Shown piece by piece: positions 27,109 through 36,675 of a stretch of 64,000 nucleotides of DNA. How positions within the stretch are numbered: the first letter of the stretch is position 1; every line of letters starts with the position of its first letter. A program made the translations under genes and the position numbers. Under the pieces are notes generated by a model, which saw only the letters and a list, made by a program, of their open reading frames with translations, was not told the DNA's origin and made no database searches. Source of the DNA: a plasmid; sequence record NZ_CP035507.1. The stretch is one strand, 5' to 3'.

Positions 27109-29071
27109 GGGCAAGATCGCGGGCGGGATCCTCAGCCTGACGCTGGTTGGCCTCGCCATCGGCTATGTCGTGGCCACGGGCTACCTCACCATTCGCTATG
27201 GACTGTCAACGCAAGCCTTCGATGCCACCCTGCTCGCGCGGGAATACCGGGCGCTTGGTGCCAGCGCCCCGCGGGACTTCCTCTGGGTGAACCTGATCCT
27301 CGCAGGCTTCGGCGTTGCCTCGCTCATGTTGAGTGTCACGCTTCTCGGCGATGCCCTGACGCGCTTCGGCACGACGCATTGGCAGACCCGGGGCGAGATG
27401 AAGAGGAATGGTTTCTTCGCCAAGCCGGGTGGCGGCTTCCTTCTCGGCAAGCTCGGCCCCCCGAAATCGAAGCGCCCCTTCCTCGTCTCGAAGACCTTCC
27501 CACACGCACTGATCGTGGCACCCACGGGTCGGGGCAAGGGCGTGGGCTTCGTGATTCCGAACCTGCTCACCTACAAGGGCTCGGCCGTGGTGCTTGACGT
27601 GAAGGGAGAGAACTTCCGCGAGACATCGCGCTTCCGTGCCACCATGGGCGACAAGGTGTTCCGGTTCGCGCCGACCGACTGGGACCGCCCGACGCATCGC
27701 TATAACCCGCTGGCGCGCATCGCGGCGATGACCAATCCCGACCGGCAACAGATGGAACTGAAGCTCACCGCGAAGCTCTTCCTGCAGACCGACAACGAAA
27801 AGCTGAGTGGGCTACTAGCAGGCGGCATTGATCTGTTCGTGGCGGCCGGTCTTCTGGCCTTCGAGCGCGGCGTGCCGACCATCGGTGAGATCTACCGCAT
27901 CACCGCCTCGGGCGGTGACAAGCAGAAGGAGTACCTGAAGCGCGCGCAGGAGGTGAAGAACACCTCGGCCAAGCTGATCTTCGAGCGCATGGCCTCGACC
28001 AACAACGACACCCTGACCTCTTACCTCTCTCTGCTGATGACCTCGGGTCTCGACACCTGGGACAACCGTGCGATCGACGCGGCCACTGCGACCTCGGACT
28101 TCTCTTTCCGGGATATCCGGCGTCGCCCTCACGCGATCTACCTCGTGGTCGAGTCCGAAATGATCCGCCCTTTGGCCCCGCTGATCCGGCTGTTCTTCTC
28201 GGACCTGATTGCCTCGCTGCAGGCGCAGGAGCCCGACGATGACGAGCCATGGCCCGTGATGATCATGCTCGACGAGTTCGACCGCCTTGGGAAAATGCCG
28301 ATCGTAGCCGAGAGCATCAAGACTCTGCGCTCCTTCGGCGGCAACCTTGCCATTGTCACCCAGACCATCCCGGCGCTGGACGAGATCTATGGCGAGAACA
28401 CACGCCGGTCGCTGCAGGGCGGCGCGGGCGTGAAGCTCTACCTCACCCCGTCCGAGCAGAAGACCATCGAAGAGCTGAGCCAGGCCGTCGGCAAGACCAC
28501 CAAGCGCGTCGTAACCCGATCCCGCGCGGTCGGACGTAACCCCTTCGAGGGCCGGAGTGTTTCCGAGCGGACAGAGGACACGCCGCTCCTGACCGAGGAT
28601 CAGGCTCGGCGGATGGACCTCGACGAGGTGATCCTCGTGATCGACGCGCAGATGCCGATCCGGGCGCGGCGGATCAAGTATTTCGAAGACCCGGCGCTGA
28701 AGGTGCTTCACGCGGGTCAGGCGGGGAGTTTCCCGTACCCTGATGAGGACGGGCTGAGGCGGGATCGGCAGATGACCGAAACGCGGGAGACGGTTGAGAA
28801 GCTGAAACAGGAGTTACAGGAGGTTCGGGCGGCGGCAGGGGCGCAGGGAGTTGCAAAGGTGCCAAATGAAGAGCCACCCAAGGGGCCACATGTGCGAAAA
28901 CCTGAAATCGTAAGTCGGGCGCGTGGCCGAGCGGCCCGGGCTGCTGCGGGTATTGCCGGAGGAAGTCAATTGTCGTTCGACCCTGAAGCACTTGGGTTGA
29001 AGGAGGCAGACAAGACCATGCTGGCGGCGGCGGTTCAGACGACACGGGCCATTATTGCCGAGTATGCGTGA
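27101..29071 (+). CDS. virD4: Type IV coupling protein VirD4/TraG
   Basis: N-terminal transmembrane segments, Walker A IVAPTGRGKGVG; ATG 27101 overlaps the relaxase stop. Confidence 0.85.
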   Translation: MDKGKIAGGILSLTLVGLAIGYVVATGYLTIRYGLSTQAFDATLLAREYRALGASAPRDFLWVNLILAGFGVASLMLSVTLLGDALTRFGTTHWQTRGEMKRNGFFAKPGGGFLLGKLGPPKSKRPFLVSKTFPHALIVAPTGRGKGVGFVIPNLLTYKGSAVVLDVKGENFRETSRFRATMGDKVFRFAPTDWDRPTHRYNPLARIAAMTNPDRQQMELKLTAKLFLQTDNEKLSGLLAGGIDLFVAAGLLAFERGVPTIGEIYRITASGGDKQKEYLKRAQEVKNTSAKLIFERMASTNNDTLTSYLSLLMTSGLDTWDNRAIDAATATSDFSFRDIRRRPHAIYLVVESEMIRPLAPLIRLFFSDLIASLQAQEPDDDEPWPVMIMLDEFDRLGKMPIVAESIKTLRSFGGNLAIVTQTIPALDEIYGENTRRSLQGGAGVKLYLTPSEQKTIEELSQAVGKTTKRVVTRSRAVGRNPFEGRSVSERTEDTPLLTEDQARRMDLDEVILVIDAQMPIRARRIKYFEDPALKVLHAGQAGSFPYPDEDGLRRDRQMTETRETVEKLKQELQEVRAAAGAQGVAKVPNEEPPKGPHVRKPEIVSRARGRAARAAAGIAGGSQLSFDPEALGLKEADKTMLAAAVQTTRAIIAEYA

Positions 29072-29072
29072 C

Positions 29073-29094
29073 TGGCCCATACCGGCCAGTCGGC
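29073..29094. terminator. Hairpin GACTGGCC-cataccg-GGCCAGTC immediately after the virD4 stop
   Basis: Read directly from the sequence; no T-tract (high-GC genome). Confidence 0.3.
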
Positions 29095-29195
29095 GTTATG
29101 CAAAGGCGCTGCTCTCGCAGCGTGTATAGCTGCCATTCGATAGGGCAAGCACAATGCCTCGATCCGCCTTCAGTCACAGTGTGCAGGCGAAGGAG

Positions 29196-30644
29196 CTACA
29201 TAAAGAAGCTATAGCGCGTTTGCACCCGGTCATTTTCTCTAACGTACTTGAGTATCTTTCCCACCTTGCGTGACGCAGCGATAGTAATCGGGTCTCGGTT
29301 GTCGAATTGCGTATTGTTCCAATTCATCTTGCTCAATGCCAATATCTCTGCGGCATTGTGGGTGACCGGTTGAGAAGGAGCCTGTGACCGGATCATCAAA
29401 GGCTTGGGAATGTACATCCCGGTGTATGTTTTGAAGAAGTCCACACCGCCCCGGCTGTACAATATCGCACGGTCGCGATCCAAACGCAGCAACGTACCGC
29501 GCAAGGGTGGAAACTGCCCGTCGCGGAACAGCCGGAAGGCGCTTGGGGCGACCGCCATGCAGTCCAAGTTATCAATTCGGCATTCCTCTACGGCGGCGTC
29601 GAAACCCGCCATTTCTTCCCTGTGAAAGGGCGACGTCTTATGCAGCACCACCCGGGCCGGATACTGCGAATGCTGGTCGTAGTAAGCCTGCATCGAGCGG
29701 GAAAGCAGGTCGTGCGCGTGAGCCTCTGTCATATAGGGCCGCCGGTCGTCCGACAGCTTGGCGGCGCGCCCCCCGCGCAGGATCATGCCTTCGCCCCGCT
29801 CGTCGAACATCTGCGCGGTGCTGGTTTCAAGGTACTCGCCGCCGCACGACTCGTGGAAGCTAATTCCCACGAAGCAGGAACGCATCTGCCGGGAATCCCG
29901 CGCCAAACGCCACGGTAGACCGCCCGCCTTGTAGTACAGCGCCGTGAACAAGTTCCATGCGCGGGTTGCGTCCTCCTGCACCTCGCGAAAACTGTCAGTT
30001 TTCGTCTTTCGGGGAATCTTGATCGTTGGATCGTACAGCGTGGGCCAGAAGATCTGAATGGGCAGGCCGAACTCCATCGCAGCGATCTTCAATCGCGCAC
30101 GGAAGTCCAACCCTGAGGGCGCCGCCGCGTCCTCCACCACATCATCGTCGTCGGCGCTCACATTCACCGCCGCAATCACGTCCAGCGGCAGGCCGATTAG
30201 CACCACGTCTGGCCGGGTGTTGCCCTCGGCCAGCGCCCGCAGCTCCGCCACGAACAGGTCGGCGTAGCGATCCGCTAGGTCCAGCGGATTTGTGTTCTTC
30301 AACTTATTCAGTGTTCGGGCCGGTATTGTGCGGGTGTCCTGCTCGTCGCAGGTGAAGGCAACTCGGAACGGGCCGTCAGACGTGCAGCCTGGGAACGGCG
30401 GATACAGGTTCGTCAGGCGGGTGTCCGCTTTGCCATCGATGCCAGCGGCGCAACGCGCGAACCAGCCTTGGGTGCCCTCCACCGTTTCCGTGTCACCGAT
30501 CAGACCCACTCGCACGGCGGTCGGCGCGCCGGTTTGTCCGGCGTCCAGCGGGCCGTAGTCCATGAGGCCGAACCGAATGTCGATGTGGCGATGCGCCTGC
30601 CCGAACTCCAACTCGGGTTCCGGCAAGTGGGACAGCTTCATCAT
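29196..30644 (-). CDS. Short prokaryotic Argonaute (MID-PIWI), SPARDA-type partner
   Basis: PIWI-type LYYKAGGLPWRL motif (~29915-29950), ~480 aa; GGAGG lies 10 nt upstream of ATG 30644; ATGA overlap with the upstream gene. Confidence 0.7.
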   Translation of the reverse strand: MMKLSHLPEPELEFGQAHRHIDIRFGLMDYGPLDAGQTGAPTAVRVGLIGDTETVEGTQGWFARCAAGIDGKADTRLTNLYPPFPGCTSDGPFRVAFTCDEQDTRTIPARTLNKLKNTNPLDLADRYADLFVAELRALAEGNTRPDVVLIGLPLDVIAAVNVSADDDDVVEDAAAPSGLDFRARLKIAAMEFGLPIQIFWPTLYDPTIKIPRKTKTDSFREVQEDATRAWNLFTALYYKAGGLPWRLARDSRQMRSCFVGISFHESCGGEYLETSTAQMFDERGEGMILRGGRAAKLSDDRRPYMTEAHAHDLLSRSMQAYYDQHSQYPARVVLHKTSPFHREEMAGFDAAVEECRIDNLDCMAVAPSAFRLFRDGQFPPLRGTLLRLDRDRAILYSRGGVDFFKTYTGMYIPKPLMIRSQAPSQPVTHNAAEILALSKMNWNNTQFDNRDPITIAASRKVGKILKYVRENDRVQTRYSFFM

Positions 30645-31933
30645 AGCAGCAAGCCCTCCGTGTCCGGTGGGGTGGCGCGCACGGGTTTCCAAAGGTCGTC
30701 GGGCACACCAAAGTCCGCAACCAGCTTGTCGACTGGCGCGAGGGTCAGATATGGATATGCTCGCCGAAACATATCCTCCTGCTCACCCGTACAGAGGTAA
30801 GCCCGCCACATGCCGAATTGGCCGCGCACGTCGGGATTCCACTCCATGCGCTTGATCTTGGACAGATGGTCGCCGCCGTATCCGTCTTTCTCTCTGCCGT
30901 CTCGCGTGAAGTGGTAGGTTGGCGTTATCTGCACGAACCACTCTTCGCCGATTCGCATAAACTGCCAACTAAATGCCGAATGCCGCCAGAAGCTCCGATA
31001 CTGCTTGGCGACGAAGCGGTCAGTATTCTTCTTTTCCGCATAGTAAGTAATCTTGCGATCACGCTTGCCAGGGTTCGGGCGGAAATAGAGCGTGTGGTGA
31101 TCGCGGTCGTAACTCATATCCTGGCGCACCATTTCCTTCATCGCGCGGTTCAGCAGATCCACGAAATCGCGCTCCCTGTCCGGGTCGTCCGATAGCGCCC
31201 ATTCAGACAAATCGAACTCTTCCATAGCGCCCGTGTCGCAGGCTTCTCGCCACGGTAGCTCGTCCAGGTTGCGGAAAGACAGCACCGCCCCGCCGCGTAA
31301 AATTGCCTCGCCCGGCGGATAGGGGTTGTGTTCCTTCACCCTGCGCCAGAACTCACCCACGCTCTTGGCATCGGTCGGCGCCCAGTACAGCTTCGTCGCC
31401 ATGGCCGAGACGCGCAGCAGATTGGTAGTCAATTCTTCGGTTCGACGTGGGGCCGAGTAGTAGCTGCCAGGCCGCGCGGTGGCGGCCACCTCTCGCAGCG
31501 CCCTGGCAGCGTCGGCGGTGAACAGGTCCGCCGTCTTATCGAACTGCACCTTGCGGTTGGCCCGGTTCTGGGGGTCTCTGAACCAAGTGCGTACGTCCTT
31601 CCAGTAGGCGCGGTCTGCGGTTAAGTCTACCACGATCAGCACCACGGGCGCGGTGCCGAATGTCCAGTAGTCGATATCGCGCTCGTCGCAGGGCCAGTGA
31701 AAGCCAGTGTCCGTGTCTCCTGGCAGACGATTTCCAGTGGCCTTGCTCTGAAACTGGACAATCTGGTTGGCAACCTCACCCGTTACCGGGTCGCGGATTT
31801 CGATGGTGCCGTCGATACCGGCTTCCACGCCACCAGTTTCGTAGAACAGGTACTCCATTGCAGCCACAACCTTTCGGATGTGCGCTATTCCTTGTTCACC
31901 TTTTACCCCAGAAGTATGTATTTTCTTGCCCAA
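30641..31933 (-). CDS. DREN(DUF4365, PD-(D/E)xK)-APAZ effector of a short-pAgo system
   Basis: N-terminal GIDGTIEIRD...QFQSK nuclease-like motif, ~430 aa, directly upstream of and coupled to the short pAgo. Confidence 0.7.
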   Translation of the reverse strand: MGKKIHTSGVKGEQGIAHIRKVVAAMEYLFYETGGVEAGIDGTIEIRDPVTGEVANQIVQFQSKATGNRLPGDTDTGFHWPCDERDIDYWTFGTAPVVLIVVDLTADRAYWKDVRTWFRDPQNRANRKVQFDKTADLFTADAARALREVAATARPGSYYSAPRRTEELTTNLLRVSAMATKLYWAPTDAKSVGEFWRRVKEHNPYPPGEAILRGGAVLSFRNLDELPWREACDTGAMEEFDLSEWALSDDPDRERDFVDLLNRAMKEMVRQDMSYDRDHHTLYFRPNPGKRDRKITYYAEKKNTDRFVAKQYRSFWRHSAFSWQFMRIGEEWFVQITPTYHFTRDGREKDGYGGDHLSKIKRMEWNPDVRGQFGMWRAYLCTGEQEDMFRRAYPYLTLAPVDKLVADFGVPDDLWKPVRATPPDTEGLLL

Positions 31934-32046
31934 GGAACGACACCACTAGAATTTGTTGCTGCTCGACGAGCGAGCACCATAGGGTGTGCTGGCGACAATT
32001 TCAATGTCATCGGTCTGCCATCACCTAAGCAAGGCTGTGGTCAAGA

Positions 32047-32140
32047 GGGCTTTGATGGTGTGACCGCCCTCTTCGTGGATCATCGATGACTCACCCTGGC
32101 ACACAGATGCCGTCGGGTGGCGGTCACACCATCAAAGCCC
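32047..32140. repeat. Perfect 22-bp inverted repeat GGGCTTTGATGGTGTGACCGCC / GGCGGTCACACCATCAAAGCCC with a 50-bp spacer
   Basis: Read directly from the sequence; it lies between the short-pAgo/DREN-APAZ pair and the 3' end of virB6. Confidence 0.5.
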
Positions 32141-32141
32141 T

Positions 32142-33167
32142 TCACCGCCCCAACCGCTTTGCCCTCTCAGCCATCCGCACCACTTTCGCGCTCGCGGTCG
32201 CCGCAGCGCTCCGAACGGCAGCGGGTGCTTGCACCGCCCCCCGCCCGATCGCCTCACCCGTGGTCAGCGCACCGATCCGCGCCCTACCCTGCACGCCTGA
32301 CGTGTTCACCAAGCCCCGGAGCACCCCCGCAGATCCGCTGACAATCGCAGGTGCCGCGGCCACCATCAGGTTCCCCGAGATCCCGCGCACGATCAGGGGC
32401 GTAGCCGCGACGAACCCCTTTGCCAAGAACACCATGACGAAGAACGGCACTAGTGAGCCGATGTTGGTGGCCGAGTTCGGATCGCCGAGCTGGGCCAGCA
32501 GCGAATTCGCCATGCCGACGACGGTCGAGAACATGGCGGCGATGACGACGGGATAGAAGGCGTAGCTGATCGTCGTCGAGACCCATCTGTGGAAGAAATC
32601 CTTGGTCGCATCGAAGAGCGACAGAGCGATCATGATCGGCGCAAGGCCAAGCATCAGGGTCAGCATCATCTTGGCGAAGATGAGGACGATTCCGGTCATG
32701 AAGCCGAGCAGACTCAAGAGCACCAGGCCGATGCCGCCGAGGATCGCGCCCGTCATCCAGTTCAGATTGCTGCCGATCGCGTTCAAATATGTCGCGAAGC
32801 GCTCGATCAGGTTGTCGAATTCTCCCGCGAAATGGGTTGCGCCTGCGCCACCTCCGCCGACCGACGAAACCAGCGCGCCGGCGACATAGTCGAGGCCTCC
32901 GATCACGGCGTTGGACACCGCGTTGAAATTGGCCCAGTTAAACGCGAAGAGACCTATCAGCGTCAGCTTGATCAGGTACCAGAAGAAGCTGGCCCCATCC
33001 ATGCTGCGGAATTGGAAGGCCATGTTGATACAGACGCCGATCAGGGAAAGCGTGACCATCAGAAGGACGATCGTGCCGGTATTGCTGGCCACAGCCCCGA
33101 ACTGGGACTCGGCAGCATCGACAAGGAAACCGTCGGCGGTTTCGACCATCCAACTGACGACGCTCAT
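32142..33167 (-). CDS. virB6: VirB6/TrbL-family T4SS inner-membrane protein
   Basis: Multi-TM protein with Gly-rich stretches at the end of the virB operon. Confidence 0.7.
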   Translation of the reverse strand: MSVVSWMVETADGFLVDAAESQFGAVASNTGTIVLLMVTLSLIGVCINMAFQFRSMDGASFFWYLIKLTLIGLFAFNWANFNAVSNAVIGGLDYVAGALVSSVGGGGAGATHFAGEFDNLIERFATYLNAIGSNLNWMTGAILGGIGLVLLSLLGFMTGIVLIFAKMMLTLMLGLAPIMIALSLFDATKDFFHRWVSTTISYAFYPVVIAAMFSTVVGMANSLLAQLGDPNSATNIGSLVPFFVMVFLAKGFVAATPLIVRGISGNLMVAAAPAIVSGSAGVLRGLVNTSGVQGRARIGALTTGEAIGRGAVQAPAAVRSAAATASAKVVRMAERAKRLGR

Positions 33168-33607
33168 TACCAGTTGCCCTGAGCTTCGCAGATATCCTGA
33201 ACCGCATGGCGCAGATCGTTGCGCTTCTGCCGGATGTCCCGCTGCGCAGCTGTGTGTTCCGCGGCTGAGGCCAAGAGGTAACGTTCATCGAACTCTTCTG
33301 AGGCATCTTCCCATACCGGGAAGCGGACGTCGCAGCCGCAGTTGCCTGTCTCGACGATCTGTTCCCATGCCCGCAGTTCATAGAGGTCCATCAGCGTCAA
33401 AGCCTTGTAGGCCTCACGTGGATGAACCTCGTCCATCCAGGTTGGGCGTGCGGGGCGATCGTTGCAGATCCGGTATTGCTGGGGCGTGATGGTCACGGTC
33501 AAATCGTTCGTGACCTGAGGCGAGGTCTGGGCCGCGAGGGGCGCGGCCAGCAGGGTGACAGCTGCGGCGAGGGTGATCTTGCGCATGGGGGTTTCCTTTC
33601 GTTTCAT
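33167..33607 (-). CDS. Exported hypothetical protein inside the virB operon
   Basis: Signal peptide MKRKETPMRKITLAAAVTLLAAPLAAQ; ATGA overlap with the virB11 stop. Confidence 0.4.
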   Translation of the reverse strand: MKRKETPMRKITLAAAVTLLAAPLAAQTSPQVTNDLTVTITPQQYRICNDRPARPTWMDEVHPREAYKALTLMDLYELRAWEQIVETGNCGCDVRFPVWEDASEEFDERYLLASAAEHTAAQRDIRQKRNDLRHAVQDICEAQGNW

Positions 33608-34638
33608 TCGGCCGCGACCGCAGCGCGCTCGGCTGCCCCGGTTCGATCCGTGTTCTGATTTGGATGCCTTGCCTGCCCCGGCAGGAAGAACTCGGTGATT
33701 CCGCGGGCGCCGTCATCGCGACCGGCCTGGATGATCACGTCGATTGAGCCTTCGATGTAGTCGACCATATCGGCATAGGTCATGGGCACATCGGTCTTGA
33801 GCGCGGCAATGGCGAGGCGGCGGACGGCCAGTTGCGGGGTCTCGGCGTGCAAGGTGGTCAGCGAGCCGCCATGGCCGGTGTTGATCGCCTCAAGGAAGGT
33901 CATCGCCTCGCGGCCGCGAACTTCGCCCAGCACGATCCGATCAGGCCGCATGCGCAGGGTCGAGGCCAGAAGCACATCCGCGCTGCGAGCGTCCGCGTCC
34001 CGGTCCGCGATCAACGTTACGGCATTCGGCTGCTCGGGGCGCAACTCGGCTGCCTCCTCGATGGTAATGATCCGCTCCTCGGGTGGGATCAGCGAGAGTA
34101 TCTTGCGCGCTGCGACCGTCTTGCCGGTAGAAGTGCCGCCCGAGACGATCATGTTGAGTTTGTTTTCGACGCAGAACCGCAGGGCGGCGTCGATGTCACC
34201 TGAGGCCACCACATCGCGCAAGGCGGCGTTCCGTTCGCGGCGCAAGCCTTCGAGGCTACGCTCCTTGCCATAGAGGAACCCGAGCCGGATTGCCTCCAGC
34301 GGCAGGGAGGAAAAAAACCGCAGCGAGATGGAGAACCCGCCCTCGACGGCGGGCGGCTGGATAACCTGCGCGCGGATCGGACGATCCCGGTAGAGGATCG
34401 AGACCGAGACGATGGGCTTTTTGGTGCTGAGTGTGGTCGAGGCGGCCGAGGCGATCTGGTTACCGAGATCCTTGATCTCGGTCTGGGTCAGCGGCGTACC
34501 GAGACCACGCATGAAATGATCGCCCTGGAACTCGCCCCAGACCTGTCCGTCGGGGTTGATACAGATCTCGATCGTGTCGTCCCGTTGCACGGGGGCACCC
34601 AGACGGTCGAGCGAGGCTTCGAGATAGCTTGCTGCCAT
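33604..34638 (-). CDS. virB11: VirB11/TrbB secretion ATPase
   Basis: Walker A VSGGTSTGKT; ATGA-type coupling with virB10. Confidence 0.85.
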   Translation of the reverse strand: MAASYLEASLDRLGAPVQRDDTIEICINPDGQVWGEFQGDHFMRGLGTPLTQTEIKDLGNQIASAASTTLSTKKPIVSVSILYRDRPIRAQVIQPPAVEGGFSISLRFFSSLPLEAIRLGFLYGKERSLEGLRRERNAALRDVVASGDIDAALRFCVENKLNMIVSGGTSTGKTVAARKILSLIPPEERIITIEEAAELRPEQPNAVTLIADRDADARSADVLLASTLRMRPDRIVLGEVRGREAMTFLEAINTGHGGSLTTLHAETPQLAVRRLAIAALKTDVPMTYADMVDYIEGSIDVIIQAGRDDGARGITEFFLPGQARHPNQNTDRTGAAERAAVAAE

Positions 34639-34639
34639 G

Positions 34640-35965
34640 TCAGAAGATCTCCAGGTCACGGTCGACCATGACCGTGATCCGCGTGCCCTGGTCGACATGG
34701 ATCACGGGCCGGATCGCCAGATAGTCCTGCATGACGCTCTGGGTGCTGTCGCGTAGATCGGTCCCGACATCACTCGCGATGTCGGCCGCAGCCTCATCCT
34801 CGATTTGTCCGGCGGCGGCCGCAGGCAAGGCCCCGATCAGCGAGATCAGCGCCGCGGAGCCGAAGCGCTGCGCAAAACGGGTATCGACAAATCCGGTGGT
34901 GCCTGTGCGACCAAGCTCATCCCCACCGAAGGCGCTGATCTCCACGGTCTGGTTGTCGGGCAGGATGATGCGGTCCCAAGCCACCATCACCCGCGACTGC
35001 GCGAGCGCCACATCGGAGCGATAGCGCCCGACAAGGCGCGCGCCGCGCGGGATCAGGACCCGTGCGCCGTCGAAGGAATGGACGTCCTCAGAGACGATGG
35101 CGCGGATCGCGCCGGGCAGCGTGCTGTCGAGGGCCGTCTCGGTCACAGCCTGGATCATCGTGCCCTGCACGACGGTGTTGGCGGGGTTCACGATCACTTC
35201 GGCCCGCGTCACCGGAGCGGGCCTTGCGCCTGCGCGCACGAAGGCTTCGTCTTCATTCAAGCGCGCGGCCTCGAGGCTGTTCTCTCGGTCGGTCCCTGCC
35301 CCCATCCCAGAAAACGCGATCATGGGCGAGGCAATGCGTTCGGCCCGGGCCTCCGCTTCGGCGATGCGCCGGCGTTCAAGTTCCGCGAGCCGCAACTCCT
35401 CCTCGTTCGGGCCGAGGTCAGTCGGCTCAGGCGGGGTCAGCCGCGCGACCTCGAGGTCCATGCGCAGCTGGTCGAGCTCGCGATCGCGTTCGGTCAACTG
35501 CCGTTCGAGCGCGCGCTGCGCCTCGGTCGAGGCGGTCTGCAGTGCCGCGATTTGCGCTGTCAGATCAGCGATGGCCTGTTCTGCCCCGCTGTCCGATGCC
35601 TCGACGGGCCGCGCGCGCAGGTCTTCGAGTTCCGCGCGTAGCGTCGCGAGGCTTTCCATCAACGCAAGTTCCGACGTGGTGGGGCTGGTCTCGGCCGTCG
35701 GCGGCGGTGCAGGATCGGCCATCGGCATGGGGGCGAGATCGCCGAAGCCTGATCCCGTGGTCTGGAATTCTTCCGGGGCAGCGGTCGGCAGTGGGGCTTC
35801 CGGCGACGGTTGCAAGACGGCCCAAGCCAAACCGCCAACAGCCACGATCCCGGCCACGCCGAGGATGGCGGTAAGCGGGGAGGGACGTGCTGCGCCACGA
35901 TTCTTGTCGCCCGTTGCTTCAAGCGCCGCGAGGCGCGCGGCCAAGTCTTCGGTGTCCTGGCTCAT
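34640..35965 (-). CDS. virB10: VirB10/TrbI
   Basis: N-terminal TM, Pro/Ala-rich linker, conserved C-terminal domain; ATGA overlap with virB9. Confidence 0.8.
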   Translation of the reverse strand: MSQDTEDLAARLAALEATGDKNRGAARPSPLTAILGVAGIVAVGGLAWAVLQPSPEAPLPTAAPEEFQTTGSGFGDLAPMPMADPAPPPTAETSPTTSELALMESLATLRAELEDLRARPVEASDSGAEQAIADLTAQIAALQTASTEAQRALERQLTERDRELDQLRMDLEVARLTPPEPTDLGPNEEELRLAELERRRIAEAEARAERIASPMIAFSGMGAGTDRENSLEAARLNEDEAFVRAGARPAPVTRAEVIVNPANTVVQGTMIQAVTETALDSTLPGAIRAIVSEDVHSFDGARVLIPRGARLVGRYRSDVALAQSRVMVAWDRIILPDNQTVEISAFGGDELGRTGTTGFVDTRFAQRFGSAALISLIGALPAAAAGQIEDEAAADIASDVGTDLRDSTQSVMQDYLAIRPVIHVDQGTRITVMVDRDLEIF

Positions 35966-36675
35966 GACGTGGGTCCGCCCATATCCTGAACACAGACCTC
36001 GTCTTCGCCGAGGCGCAGGACCCATTGGCGATTGACGCCCGACACGCGGATGACGCCGTCCTCGAGTGCCGTGCTGTTCACCGCCCGCTCGCCGCCATTG
36101 GCATAGCGGAAGATCGCCGGGACCGGCGCGTTTCGCGCGAAGCGGAAATAGGTGAAGGTGCCATCATCCCAGACGGCCGTCGGTGTGAACTCCTCGCTAG
36201 CGCTGACCGCGTAGTTCGCATTCGGCGCATCAGCGGCAACCGTGCGGGCCGGTTGTGCGCGGCTCTCGGGATAGCGGAACTGCACTACGTAATGCGGGGT
36301 CTCGCGAGCCTCGACCACATGGAAATAGTAGGAACGGCGGTTCGTGTAGACCGTGATGTTGGTGGCCACACCCGAGGCTGCAGGCTTGATCGCGAAGGCG
36401 CGTCCGCCCGGCACACCGTCGAACTGGAAGCCCACCGTATCGCCCGCGATGATCGAGCGGATGGTCTCGCCCTCGCCGAATTCGACGGTGGTGACCCGGG
36501 TCAGGGTGGTGACGATCCGGTAGACCTGCCCCTCGGTCCAGCTCGCGATCCGGACGCGGTTGTCATGGGCGCCGGGGCGCGGCGTGGTCTCGGCCGACGC
36601 TGCGAGTGAAGTGAGCGCCAGGGCACTGACGACCAGCAGGGCGTGAACAGGGGCAAGAACGGGAACAGAAGTCAT
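35962..36675 (-). CDS. virB9: VirB9/TrbG
   Basis: Signal peptide MTSVPVLAPVHALLVVSALALTSLAASA; CagX/VirB9-like; ATGA overlap with virB8. Confidence 0.8.
   Translation of the reverse strand: MTSVPVLAPVHALLVVSALALTSLAASAETTPRPGAHDNRVRIASWTEGQVYRIVTTLTRVTTVEFGEGETIRSIIAGDTVGFQFDGVPGGRAFAIKPAASGVATNITVYTNRRSYYFHVVEARETPHYVVQFRYPESRAQPARTVAADAPNANYAVSASEEFTPTAVWDDGTFTYFRFARNAPVPAIFRYANGGERAVNSTALEDGVIRVSGVNRQWVLRLGEDEVCVQDMGGPTS

Noticed and set aside
35062-36035. 270- and 312-aa + strand ORFs opposite virB10
   Set aside because: Antisense to the Pro/Ala-rich linker of virB10; Arg/Ser/Ala-rich low complexity.
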